Virus record (IMG/VR): IMGVR_UViG_3300028392_002123
From: a virus
Taxonomy: Duplodnaviria > Caudoviricetes
Reading direction: 5' to 3' (one strand)
Length of the DNA stretch: 64,000 nt
Below the pieces are notes generated by a model, which did no database searches, was not told the origin of the DNA, and worked only from the letters and a program-made list of their open reading frames with translations. Both the position numbers and the translations under genes were made by a program. Each line of letters starts with the position of its first letter. The first letter of the stretch is position 1. Of the stretch, positions 46,305-55,356 are shown in pieces.

Positions 46305-47096
46305 GCGTAAAATAAGGTTGGTTTTAACTGCTGTGTCCAATACTGATAGATCTTTTTCCATCGTTTCTGCATACTTTAATAATGCACTAGTATCTTTTGG
46401 AAAACACATACCGCCAAAACCAAAACTACCATCAGGTCCTGGAACTCGCATATGACTATCTCCAATACGTGCATCTTGTTTAATTAAATTTGAAACAACA
46501 TCATAGTTCAATCCAGCTTTATTAGCTAATTGATACAGCTCATTCATAAAAATTACTTTGGTAGCTAGGAAACTATTAATAGCATATTTGGCCAATGCGG
46601 CATCACCGATGCTACAAAATTTAACGGTTTCTAAATTTTTCTGTGACATTCTTATAATACGCTCGGCTTCATGGCGATATGCAGAAACTGCGCCGCCAAT
46701 GATGGCAAACTTACCATTGATATAATCTTCAAAGGCATTGGCCGCTGTTAAGAATTCAGGAGCATGAACTAAGTTAATATATTGTTCTTGCAGTCTTTGA
46801 TAAACATTGGGCGGAGCAGTGACTTTACTGATAATAACTCCGTTAAAGTTGACCTGTGTTAATTTAGCTAATACATTTTCTAAAATACTAGTATCTGCTG
46901 TTCCATCTGGTCCTTGCGGACTAGGCACACATACAAATACTGCATCATAATTTTGAATATCATTATATGATGCCATCCATCCTTTTGCTGTGTCGATTGC
47001 TACTAAATCAATATTCTGACCAATGTTTAGTTTGATTGATTCGTATATAGTGCCACCAACAAACCCCATACCTATAACTGCTATTTTTGTTGTCAT
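46287..47096 (-). CDS. UDP-glucose/GDP-mannose dehydrogenase family protein (lacks C-terminal domain)
   Basis: IGMGFVG, VCVPSP, SKVT, APEFL, KYAINSFLATK, GFGGMCFPKD (catalytic Cys); only 269 aa. Confidence 0.8.
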   Translation of the reverse strand: MTTKIAVIGMGFVGGTIYESIKLNIGQNIDLVAIDTAKGWMASYNDIQNYDAVFVCVPSPQGPDGTADTSILENVLAKLTQVNFNGVIISKVTAPPNVYQRLQEQYINLVHAPEFLTAANAFEDYINGKFAIIGGAVSAYRHEAERIIRMSQKNLETVKFCSIGDAALAKYAINSFLATKVIFMNELYQLANKAGLNYDVVSNLIKQDARIGDSHMRVPGPDGSFGFGGMCFPKDTSALLKYAETMEKDLSVLDTAVKTNLILRLTEPK

Positions 47097-47563
47097 TTTA
47101 ATTCTTTAATCATTTCTGCTTGTGCTACACGTTTGCGTAAGTTGCTACTGGAAAACGAATGATCTCTGCCATTGAATACTAATTCAATTCCGCGCATTCC
47201 ACACTCTTCCATGCCTGAAAAGTTTTTCTGTTGGTATTCTACACCCAGTACACGAACGTCAACCGGAAGTATCAATAATAAGTCAATGAGATCTTGTTCT
47301 GTTTGATATACAACAACTTCATCCACATAACGGCAAGCGGCCAACTGTATTTGTCTCTCTACAATACTTTGAACAGGAGGATTTTTACTATCGGGTCTAT
47401 CAATAGTTGGATCTGTTTGCAGGCCTGCAATTAAATAATCACAGTGATTCTTTGCTTCTGCTAACATGGCAATATGACCTGCATGTAGCAAATCAAATGT
47501 ACTAAAGGTAATACCTATTTTTTTACCTGCTTCTTTTAACTGTCTTACTTTATTAAATATCAT
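47093..47563 (-). CDS. Cytidylyltransferase (TagD/RfaE-like HxGH family)
   Basis: TFSTFDLLHAGH, GLQTD, CRYVDEV, SSSNLR. Confidence 0.8.
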   Translation of the reverse strand: MIFNKVRQLKEAGKKIGITFSTFDLLHAGHIAMLAEAKNHCDYLIAGLQTDPTIDRPDSKNPPVQSIVERQIQLAACRYVDEVVVYQTEQDLIDLLLILPVDVRVLGVEYQQKNFSGMEECGMRGIELVFNGRDHSFSSSNLRKRVAQAEMIKELK

Positions 47564-47946
47564 GGTGAATTAGATTGTAAATTTTGATATTCTTCGGTGC
47601 TATTATCCTGCCCGGGCCCTGCTTTTACAAGTTCTTTAATAAATGTGTAATGCTTATGCGCCTCGTCTAATGCAGGATATTTACTGCAAAGAATCTTTAG
47701 TTCTTCTTCTTCCTGCATTTTTTTCATTACCCAATGTCCGATAACATTTATATCATAAGCACCGGCATTATGCTGTATTTGTATAGTATTATCTATTCGC
47801 TGCCACCCACCGTTGCCGCCTGTACTAACTTCAAAACACTTATTAGCACCATTCCATTGAACAGCGCCGGTGATACTAGGTAAATTATAGCTAGTGTCCG
47901 TTTGATACCAATTAGGAGAGGTTCCGTAGCTTTGTATTTTAATCAT
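47560..47946 (-). CDS. Hypothetical protein
   Basis: 128 aa ORF, ATGA-coupled on both sides. Confidence 0.65.
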   Translation of the reverse strand: MIKIQSYGTSPNWYQTDTSYNLPSITGAVQWNGANKCFEVSTGGNGGWQRIDNTIQIQHNAGAYDINVIGHWVMKKMQEEEELKILCSKYPALDEAHKHYTFIKELVKAGPGQDNSTEEYQNLQSNSP

Positions 47947-49040
47947 TTAATTCTTTCTAACAAGACTTTGGCAGAAAAGAAGTTTTCGGTTAAGTCTTGT
48001 GTTTGTTTTTTGATATATGATAAGCGAGTGTTATAATAATCCATGTGAGTCATAATAGCGCGACATAGATCTAGACGATATACTGTATACGCATCATAAC
48101 TTTCAGTCCACTTACTGGGATATTTAAACATGTCTGTGTACATTTCACTATAGCTTAATCTATCTGGGACAAATGGTATAGCATCAACTACCGCACCTTC
48201 ATAGCAACTAATGCCTAAAGTTTCTTGTAGATTCGCACTGAACACTAACTTGGCTTGACCTAATAAAGAATGATATTCGTCTTTGGTTAATTGCTTGTCT
48301 TGGCAAACAACAAATTCATACTGCGGTAAGTGTGTAGCTAAGTCTCGAAAAATCTCAACTTGCTTCTCTGGTGCGATGCGATGCGGGAAAAGAATTAGGT
48401 CACGTTTAACTATGCCTTTATAAGGAGCCAACGTGTCCTGCATATACTCCATAGGCCAACCTGTGCGTACAAATCTAGGATCTTCACCTTTTAAGATTTC
48501 ATCTAGATGTTCGCTGAACCAAGGATTTTCTGTAGGATAATCATTTAACAGATTAGTATAAAACATTGTAACGTGAAAGTCAGTGGCAAAGTAATTATGA
48601 TCAAACGCCGAAAAGAAACTTTTCTCAGCGTGTCTGACCCAAGGCTTATCTCCGACTAAGCGTCCAAGAAAGTCTTGAGGATCATAACTGCCAGCATGCC
48701 ATAAGCCATGTGTAGTTACTGGAATGCCCAGCAACTCGCTCATATACTTTAAGTTTATGATACCTGGATGCCAAGCATCGGTAAAGATAAAATGATCGCC
48801 AGCCTTGACGGATCCTGCACAAAAAAGTCTTCCAAGCTGTTCAACTTGGCTTGCCTTATAGATATTAGTACCCCCAAAATTAAGAAATGCACCAGGAGTA
48901 GTGGCTGTAGGAATATCGCTAGGGCCCGAGATAATTTGAACATTATGTCCTTCTTTCTTTAGTAATTCAGGTACGTGAGTTTTCCACTGCCCTGTATAAC
49001 GTGTGTCAACTGCTTCTAAATCAACTAGAAATATTGTCAT
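47943..49040 (-). CDS. GT-B fold glycosyltransferase-like protein
   Basis: FPHRIAPEKQVE, FSANLQETLGISCYEG..VDAIPFV (E-x7-E donor-binding motif); start placed at ATG 49040 (MTIFLVDLE). Confidence 0.7.
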   Translation of the reverse strand: MTIFLVDLEAVDTRYTGQWKTHVPELLKKEGHNVQIISGPSDIPTATTPGAFLNFGGTNIYKASQVEQLGRLFCAGSVKAGDHFIFTDAWHPGIINLKYMSELLGIPVTTHGLWHAGSYDPQDFLGRLVGDKPWVRHAEKSFFSAFDHNYFATDFHVTMFYTNLLNDYPTENPWFSEHLDEILKGEDPRFVRTGWPMEYMQDTLAPYKGIVKRDLILFPHRIAPEKQVEIFRDLATHLPQYEFVVCQDKQLTKDEYHSLLGQAKLVFSANLQETLGISCYEGAVVDAIPFVPDRLSYSEMYTDMFKYPSKWTESYDAYTVYRLDLCRAIMTHMDYYNTRLSYIKKQTQDLTENFFSAKVLLERIK

Positions 49041-49557
49041 CGATTTCAGTGTCCTGTGTGTATTGATCCCAATAGGTAAAAGTTTTTGCGGACATAAGAT
49101 CATGTAACTGATGAGTCCATACGCCTGCATTAGTTGCACCCCATGTACGATCATCCAACTTAATTGTAGCATTGTAATTAAATTGATTAATGTAAGGTAA
49201 TTTTACACTGATCATAGGAACAAACCTATTGCGTTCGTTTAAGCCACTTTCAAGTAGTCCTTCTGCCTGTGCAACATCTAGATCTAATGTACACCAATAA
49301 TCTGCATCGAGACATCCGTAGATCATCAATTCCCATTTGGCCCAATCACCGCCATTATTGACAGTGATGTCGGGGAAACTTTGACTAGTACCAAAATATA
49401 TATGTTGAACTTTGTGTTCTTCGGCTAATTTAAGAATCTCTTGTACTGGCTGAACTCCTACCACGAACAATGTTAGCATACCATAGCAACGAGTATGTTC
49501 GACTTCATAGCCTGTAAAATATTTAACACCCTGTCGTTCTTCTGTGTTTAATCCCAT
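49021..49557 (-). CDS. Hypothetical protein within the deazaguanine/sugar operon
   Basis: 178 aa; coupled between the MDR and GT genes; no family recognised. Confidence 0.7.
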   Translation of the reverse strand: MGLNTEERQGVKYFTGYEVEHTRCYGMLTLFVVGVQPVQEILKLAEEHKVQHIYFGTSQSFPDITVNNGGDWAKWELMIYGCLDADYWCTLDLDVAQAEGLLESGLNERNRFVPMISVKLPYINQFNYNATIKLDDRTWGATNAGVWTHQLHDLMSAKTFTYWDQYTQDTEIDDNISS

Positions 49558-50471
49558 TTGATATATCCTCTGCTGTAATTATTTGGACGATTTGCACCAT
49601 CTGCAAATGCCTGTTGCCATTCTGAATCTCTATTATAGCCTTTTGTCCAAAAACTGTCAACATCGATATCACCGTTTGTAATCCATTGCTCGGCATCTTT
49701 CATACATTGATAAAAGCGATCTGTGCGTGGACTTGGAAAGATCATTGTACAAGCTTTCCAAAGTAAATTACTAAAGTCTGTTGTAACTGTTTTCTGTGCG
49801 CCAAATACTACTAATGCTTCGTTGTTTAAAATGTCTGCATCAAAAATATCTGCACGACTACTTAGATCAATGACAACATCAAAGCGACCATTATAAGCCG
49901 GTGTCGATCTATCTTGCCATAAATCTTTGTTACTGTTACCGACTACTGTGACTTCAAAATCTAGATGATTAAGTTTAATAGTATTATAAGCAACCCATGC
50001 TAGAAAGCCACTGCCGATAATTAGTAGTCGACGACCAGGTCCACTGCGTTCTGCAATTTCACGAATAGGTTGCATTACTACATTCACACCACAGGCCACA
50101 GGTTCTAGGATATAACGAGGATGTGCTTCTGGTACTTTTACATATTCTTTGTTTTTAGCCACATACTGATCTGCGTATGCAGGTTCACCGCGTGTGGCCA
50201 CATAGTCTCCTGCAACCACATCAATGACTTTAGGACCGGTTCTAATTACTCGGCCTAGACCTTCGTGTCCTTGCATGTGCAATGGTAATGGTCCAAAATT
50301 GCCCATCATCATATCAATGTCACTGCGACATACACCTGTCATCACAGATTGTACAAATATTTCATCTTCTTTTAAAAATGCCGGAACATCATATACGCTC
50401 TCGACAAACAATCCATTTCCTGTTGTGGCTAATACTCTGTTCATAGGTCTTCTATTAATTGATGGATCCAT
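49548..50471 (-). CDS. Zn-dependent medium-chain dehydrogenase (MDR/GroES-like)
   Basis: TGVCRSD, GHEGLG, LEPVACG, IIGSG; no structural 4-Cys lobe. Confidence 0.75.
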   Translation of the reverse strand: MDPSINRRPMNRVLATTGNGLFVESVYDVPAFLKEDEIFVQSVMTGVCRSDIDMMMGNFGPLPLHMQGHEGLGRVIRTGPKVIDVVAGDYVATRGEPAYADQYVAKNKEYVKVPEAHPRYILEPVACGVNVVMQPIREIAERSGPGRRLLIIGSGFLAWVAYNTIKLNHLDFEVTVVGNSNKDLWQDRSTPAYNGRFDVVIDLSSRADIFDADILNNEALVVFGAQKTVTTDFSNLLWKACTMIFPSPRTDRFYQCMKDAEQWITNGDIDVDSFWTKGYNRDSEWQQAFADGANRPNNYSRGYIKWD

Positions 50472-51292
50472 TGATCTTGTAAAAATTGTTCTTTCCAGAA
50501 CTTATTGTTATTTAGGTTTTCTATCGCATTTTTAATCATGCTAATATAAGGACCAGCTGGGCAACCGCCAAATGCTGTCATATAATCCCCTAGTTCAAAC
50601 TTGATAGTTTTTCCGCTGTTTAGATGAAATTCAATATAAAATTCATCTTGTGTATTATTTTTCCAACTCGCTTGAAACAACCATGTAGTATTGTTAGTAA
50701 TACCAATCTCACAAAAATCATCGATGCCAGTGTTGTTACTATCTTTAACTCTTTTGTATAAAGTTATACCTTTTTTGTATTCTGTTAATGCTGTATACAT
50801 ACTGAGTAAGTGTGGCATTAAGTCCCTGCTGACTCCACCAAAGGCCTTGGACTTGTCAGTGAACCAAGGACTAGACGGAACACCATCTTTCCTGCTCCAA
50901 CAAACAACCACCTTCTTGCTGAGTTTTACCAAGTCTCGATAACCAGACATTTCTGTGCGGAACTGATTGTTCCTAACCATCATTATTTTAGTGTTAGGAT
51001 AGTCGTCGATTAACTTTGTCCATGTAGTAGAATTTTCTACCCCAGGCTTTTCAATAATTAACAAACTAGTATGTTCGGCAACTTCTCTTGCAACAGATTC
51101 ATGCGTCCAGTTCGGTGTACCGATATAGACAATTTTAAAATTTTTATGATTGTCTATGGCTTCTTGTACTTGTCGATAGTCGGCCGCTTTATCTGTTGCA
51201 GGATCTACAGTAACTACTTGGTAATTGAGTTGTTTAAGCCATAAGGCATATTGTTGCCCCATGCCTAAACCTATCACTAAGGCTTTATCCAT
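50441..51292 (-). CDS. Gfo/Idh/MocA-family oxidoreductase
   Basis: IGLGMG, IGTPNWTH, IIEKP, GGVSRDLMPH. Confidence 0.75.
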   Translation of the reverse strand: MDKALVIGLGMGQQYALWLKQLNYQVVTVDPATDKAADYRQVQEAIDNHKNFKIVYIGTPNWTHESVAREVAEHTSLLIIEKPGVENSTTWTKLIDDYPNTKIMMVRNNQFRTEMSGYRDLVKLSKKVVVCWSRKDGVPSSPWFTDKSKAFGGVSRDLMPHLLSMYTALTEYKKGITLYKRVKDSNNTGIDDFCEIGITNNTTWLFQASWKNNTQDEFYIEFHLNSGKTIKFELGDYMTAFGGCPAGPYISMIKNAIENLNNNKFWKEQFLQDQWIHQLIEDL

Positions 51293-52829
51293 TTTGTGCT
51301 TGTTTTAAAAGATTATCTGCTTCATCTTGATCCCAATCTTCCGCACCTTCTGCATCGTTGTCACTGCCTTTATCTTCATTGGAAAATAACATACTATGCG
51401 CGGCCGCGCTGGTCTTAAGAGTTCTCTTGCCGTTAAAATCTGCTAACAATTTGGCAGCACGATCTAATTCAGTAAATGGTGTTTCACTGGTAAACACACG
51501 ATTAACTAGTTCAGTAACATAGATAACATTACGTGGAACCCAGTTACTAAGTTCACCATTCTTACCCTTAGCTGGTGCCCATAGACCTGGATCTGGTTTA
51601 TGTAACAAACATGCAGTATCTGTAAGAGCATTAGCACGTTGAACTGATTCAATGTGTTGATAAACATTATGTGCCATCATTAAGAAGTAGCTAAAACTAT
51701 CCCATGATGTTCTGCTTTCTTTGCCTAGTTTGTTCAAGTCGCCGGGTTTGTAATAACAAACATCACCCATGGTCATACGCTCACCAATAGGACTACTCCA
51801 AGGCCAAGCAATACTACTGCCAGCAATACGTCTATCGTCAATAGCCTTGTCCATGATGTAACTAAAACGATTGTTGCGATGTACGTGTTGAGTATAAACT
51901 TGACCATAGGCAGTTGCTAAGAAAGGGCTGGCACAGTCAAAAGTGACTTTCATGTTAGGATTAACATGCTCGCGTAGGTTACGTTGAACAGCAGTTAGTA
52001 AACAAGCCAGTTCTAATTTACTTGTACCCAAGAAATGAATAACATCGCGTCCAGGTTCTAGTAATTTTTCATCGCGCATTGTAACCAACCTGCGTAACAT
52101 CAAGTCTGCGTCCTTCATGTTATTACCGCCCATGGCCCAACCTTCAAATGGATAATGCTTGACAGCTTCATACCATGTATCAGCATCTTCGTTATTACCA
52201 CCTTGCAGTACATTCAAGAATTTAGTTTTACCTTGACGATGTTTTAAGAAGAAATCATTGTTAAACAATGTTCCACGCAGGCAGTCGCCAAAATCTTTAA
52301 GACCTGTACGTTCGCGATTAATTGGAGCCGCACTCCAAGTAGGCAAGTCCAGTACCATACTATAGTCAGCGGTAAACTCTAGCCAATTAAGAATAGCCAT
52401 ACGAGTTTTATCCGCGGCGCCTACATAACCAGTATCGCCTTGTTTTTCCCAGAAACGTTGCCAGTCAAAGTTAATAACACCTTTACCGATCTGGAATCCA
52501 CCACTGTCGCCTAGGATAAAACTATCTGGATTAGTTCGGTCACGTTGTTGAATCATTGATTCTTCTACATAACTTTTCTTAATGTCTAACTGTGCATGTC
52601 CAGCAGAATAAAGTGCATCGGGATAATAGAAGTAGGCCTGTTCTTTATTTAAGAAATTAAAGCCTTCCATTCCATTTTCAAACTCTTGGGGAATTCTATT
52701 CTTTGGAACAAATTCTTCTTGTTGTTGTTTACTAACAAAAGTTTGATAAAACCCGCTAATACTTGGCAAAAAGACTGCATAGTCTTTGTTGCGAGTTTTT
52801 AAATCAACACGGGTTTTATGATCAAGCAT
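51285..52829 (-). CDS. dpdA: TGT-fold guanine transglycosylase, DpdA-like (deazaguanine insertion)
   Basis: GDSGGFQ, MVLD, VLQGG, GWAMGG, HFLGT, TFDCAS (both TGT catalytic Asp positions); sits with folE/queD/queE near the DNA polymerase. Confidence 0.7.
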   Translation of the reverse strand: MLDHKTRVDLKTRNKDYAVFLPSISGFYQTFVSKQQQEEFVPKNRIPQEFENGMEGFNFLNKEQAYFYYPDALYSAGHAQLDIKKSYVEESMIQQRDRTNPDSFILGDSGGFQIGKGVINFDWQRFWEKQGDTGYVGAADKTRMAILNWLEFTADYSMVLDLPTWSAAPINRERTGLKDFGDCLRGTLFNNDFFLKHRQGKTKFLNVLQGGNNEDADTWYEAVKHYPFEGWAMGGNNMKDADLMLRRLVTMRDEKLLEPGRDVIHFLGTSKLELACLLTAVQRNLREHVNPNMKVTFDCASPFLATAYGQVYTQHVHRNNRFSYIMDKAIDDRRIAGSSIAWPWSSPIGERMTMGDVCYYKPGDLNKLGKESRTSWDSFSYFLMMAHNVYQHIESVQRANALTDTACLLHKPDPGLWAPAKGKNGELSNWVPRNVIYVTELVNRVFTSETPFTELDRAAKLLADFNGKRTLKTSAAAHSMLFSNEDKGSDNDAEGAEDWDQDEADNLLKQAQNG

Positions 52830-53163
52830 TTACATAGCCATTTGATGTATGTTTCATAGTTGGCGCCAGATCCAACCATGGGCTTTTGTATAACCCTACG
52901 TGTACTTTTAATTTCTTAGGAGTACGATCCCTTGTGATTTGAATGTTCACATCATACGTGAAACTTTGTTCTTTCAAAATGATCTCAGTGATTTGATAAT
53001 CATAGATCCAATTTTGATTACGCATATCATTAAGATATGCATCGAACAAATGAGCAGGTAACTCACCTAGGCCGTCTTGTAACAGGCCGTCATGTACTTC
53101 TGCAATCTTAAGCAGATCATATTTAATATCATTGATATTAATGGGGGCTCTTGAAATATTCAT
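52822..53163 (-). CDS. Hypothetical protein
   Basis: 113 aa ORF between QueD-like and DpdA-like genes. Confidence 0.65.
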   Translation of the reverse strand: MNISRAPININDIKYDLLKIAEVHDGLLQDGLGELPAHLFDAYLNDMRNQNWIYDYQITEIILKEQSFTYDVNIQITRDRTPKKLKVHVGLYKSPWLDLAPTMKHTSNGYVNA

Positions 53164-53177
53164 ATTGTTATTCCTTA

Positions 53178-53558
53178 TTAAATTTCATATTCTATGTGGC
53201 AACCGTTTTCGCCATCTTCAGAGACTTCGATCCAAATTTCTCGATTAGGATACTTCAGCGCGATAACTCCGTATAAGTCGTCTGCAATCATTTCACAACT
53301 CTTATAGTTAAGTTCTAAAACGGAACCTTGACCATTATACAACGACTCGAGCCATCGTTTGAACTGGATGAACTCGATGTCCCTGTCATCGTGGAACACA
53401 TCAATTGACACCCTGAAATGAAAAATGTGGCGATGAGGACTAGCAAGAAACGATACATCATATTCATCTCCTGTGGCTAGATTAGGGTCTGTTGCCGCCG
53501 CGGGATAGCAGTGAATACCTTCTTTACGAAAGGTAATCCATATTTTCTTTTTAATCAT
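53178..53558 (-). CDS. queD: QueD-like / 6-pyruvoyltetrahydropterin synthase-like T-fold protein
   Basis: EGIHCY...HRHIFH (Zn His), DRDIEF, SCEMIA, IEVSEDGEN; pathway context. Confidence 0.6.
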   Translation of the reverse strand: MIKKKIWITFRKEGIHCYPAAATDPNLATGDEYDVSFLASPHRHIFHFRVSIDVFHDDRDIEFIQFKRWLESLYNGQGSVLELNYKSCEMIADDLYGVIALKYPNREIWIEVSEDGENGCHIEYEI

Positions 53559-53560
53559 AA

Positions 53561-53758
53561 TTAAGATAAACGTTCGATGCGATCAATACTAGGCAATGAT
53601 GATAACTCGTCGGCTTCGGCCTTAGATGTATCTGCTTTGCCCACATATTTCTGATGGAGTTGCCATAACTTCCAATCAATCGCTTCTAAAATTTCAACCT
53701 GTTTGGACATGAGTTTTAGCATGGCCATTTGTTGTTGTTCTGGTGTTAAGTTGCTCAT
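53561..53758 (-). CDS. Hypothetical protein (DWKLW motif)
   Basis: 65 aa; LEAIDWKLW. Confidence 0.6.
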   Translation of the reverse strand: MSNLTPEQQQMAMLKLMSKQVEILEAIDWKLWQLHQKYVGKADTSKAEADELSSLPSIDRIERLS

Positions 53759-54168
53759 TTGAGATTTTCCTTTTCTTCAATTTCTAAGCTAGGTAGTTCT
53801 ACAAAGACATACCCGTTTTCTTTGGCAATCAATTCTACTACGTTCATAATTTTCCACATTTTCCAATCTGTGCTATGAGCCAAGGCGTGAACTTTTTCCA
53901 TGTTATTGTGCAATTTTGTAAAATTTGCATTAAGTTCAGCTAACTCGGTAATCAGTGGAGTCAAGTCTGCATTTACTGTTAGTTCAGATTGTTCTGTTAA
54001 CTTAGTGCCAGTCTTAGGTGGTTTAACAGATGGCCCGGTGCTGTCGATTGTTTCTACACTAATGCCAGTATCTATGGTAATCGAATCAAGTGCAGATTTA
54101 TCAATAGTGACTTTTTTCTTAGATGCTGGAATAGAAATATCTAATTCTTTTTTTGCTTTAGTTGCCAT
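53755..54168 (-). CDS. Hypothetical protein (DWKMW motif)
   Basis: 137 aa; HSTDWKMW after a coiled-coil-like stretch; GAGG Shine-Dalgarno. Confidence 0.65.
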   Translation of the reverse strand: MATKAKKELDISIPASKKKVTIDKSALDSITIDTGISVETIDSTGPSVKPPKTGTKLTEQSELTVNADLTPLITELAELNANFTKLHNNMEKVHALAHSTDWKMWKIMNVVELIAKENGYVFVELPSLEIEEKENLK

Positions 54169-54177
54169 ATGTACCTC

Positions 54178-54915
54178 TTACCTTGTGTGACCTGGTAAAA
54201 TATAATTGTATGTGCCAACACCACTGTTGATAGTAATCAAACAAGCAATTTGACAAAATTTTACAGTACATTCACCGCTCATGCCAAGCTTTAAGATTGC
54301 CAAAAATTTATCAATGGGCCAAGCATAACCTTCTTTGATAGAACCAGTTACTCCGCTGGCAAATGTCATACGACCAAAGTGACTGCCACCAACGTCGCTG
54401 CCAAAGATAAAAATAAGGTCATTATTTTCTACAGTAACAGTAAATGTTGGCTCTAGGCCACTGTAAATTCCTGCCTTAGCAGACATTTCGCTGACTTTAC
54501 TTTTCTTTGGTTCAAATTCAATTTCCCATTTAGGAACTTTGAAAGAACTTTGTTCAAGTTGTGTGTCAATGATTTCTTTGGTCATTAAACGATACTTGTC
54601 GCTGTTACCATCTGCGTCTTTAAATTGAATGTAGTCGGGTACTGCTACATTATTTTTTGTTGAAGATAAAATTTCAACTTCTGCGCCTTCTTTGTTATAA
54701 AGGCCACTAAGACCATTAAGGAAACTTAAATTTCCCAGGCCTACTTCTCCAATTAAACCCGGATTAGGGTTTGCAAGTTGTGCATCAAGAACTACGTCTC
54801 GGTCTGTGTCACAGGTCCAAATTTCTGTTGCCTCGTCAGTGCCAGTAATTTTTGCCAAGTCAAAGAAGCCTAAACTAGCCGTATGACGCACAATGTCTAA
54901 GATTGCGTCTTTCAT
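54178..54915 (-). CDS. Probable sliding clamp (gp45-like)
   Basis: 245 aa beta-rich acidic protein two genes from the polymerase, own promoter and Shine-Dalgarno; call rests on size, context and weak resemblance. Confidence 0.5.
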   Translation of the reverse strand: MKDAILDIVRHTASLGFFDLAKITGTDEATEIWTCDTDRDVVLDAQLANPNPGLIGEVGLGNLSFLNGLSGLYNKEGAEVEILSSTKNNVAVPDYIQFKDADGNSDKYRLMTKEIIDTQLEQSSFKVPKWEIEFEPKKSKVSEMSAKAGIYSGLEPTFTVTVENNDLIFIFGSDVGGSHFGRMTFASGVTGSIKEGYAWPIDKFLAILKLGMSGECTVKFCQIACLITINSGVGTYNYILPGHTR

Positions 54916-54936
54916 ATATAATCTCTCCTTGTTACT

Positions 54937-54965
54937 ATTGTATAGTATTTAGATTTTTAAGTCAA
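54937..54965 (-). promoter_or_regulatory. sigma70-type promoter
   Basis: TTGACT-17 nt-TACAAT upstream of 54915. Confidence 0.7.
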
Positions 54966-55344
54966 CTGTTTGCCCATTTGCGATCACCAAAATCATTAGT
55001 AATATATAGGTCAGTTGATGTATAAACTGGTCGGCACCAAACCAAATCCAGTAATGTTTGTCCTTGTAACTACGAGGGCCAAACTTCATTTTAATCCAAT
55101 CGATGTGATAGTGGACAAAAAAATCCAACGCGGCCAAGATAATTGCCCACAGTGGAATCAAAAATAATACACAGACTATAAACGTACCCATCATATGATG
55201 AAAGGAATGTCTTAATCCTAGGCCATGAAAATATATGCCTTTATTTTCGGCCATCTCACTGGTCTGTAAAACAAAGTCGCAGATGAAATGTTTGAATGTC
55301 AGCAATATTGCCCATTGTAACATATAGTAGTCGTGTGTTGACAT
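54949..55344 (-). CDS. DUF3307-like membrane protein
   Basis: KHFICDFVLQT, HSFHH, HYHIDWIK, GADQFIH with hydrophobic helices. Confidence 0.7.
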   Translation of the reverse strand: MSTHDYYMLQWAILLTFKHFICDFVLQTSEMAENKGIYFHGLGLRHSFHHMMGTFIVCVLFLIPLWAIILAALDFFVHYHIDWIKMKFGPRSYKDKHYWIWFGADQFIHQLTYILLMILVIANGQTVDLKI

Positions 55345-55356
55345 GAATTTATTTAG

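Noticed and set aside
49041-49172. Long N-terminal extensions in the ORF track (also at 8234, 9509, 17170, 31603, 59152, 60641)
   Set aside because: They overlap upstream genes; downstream ATGs give typical start/stop coupling or a Shine-Dalgarno.
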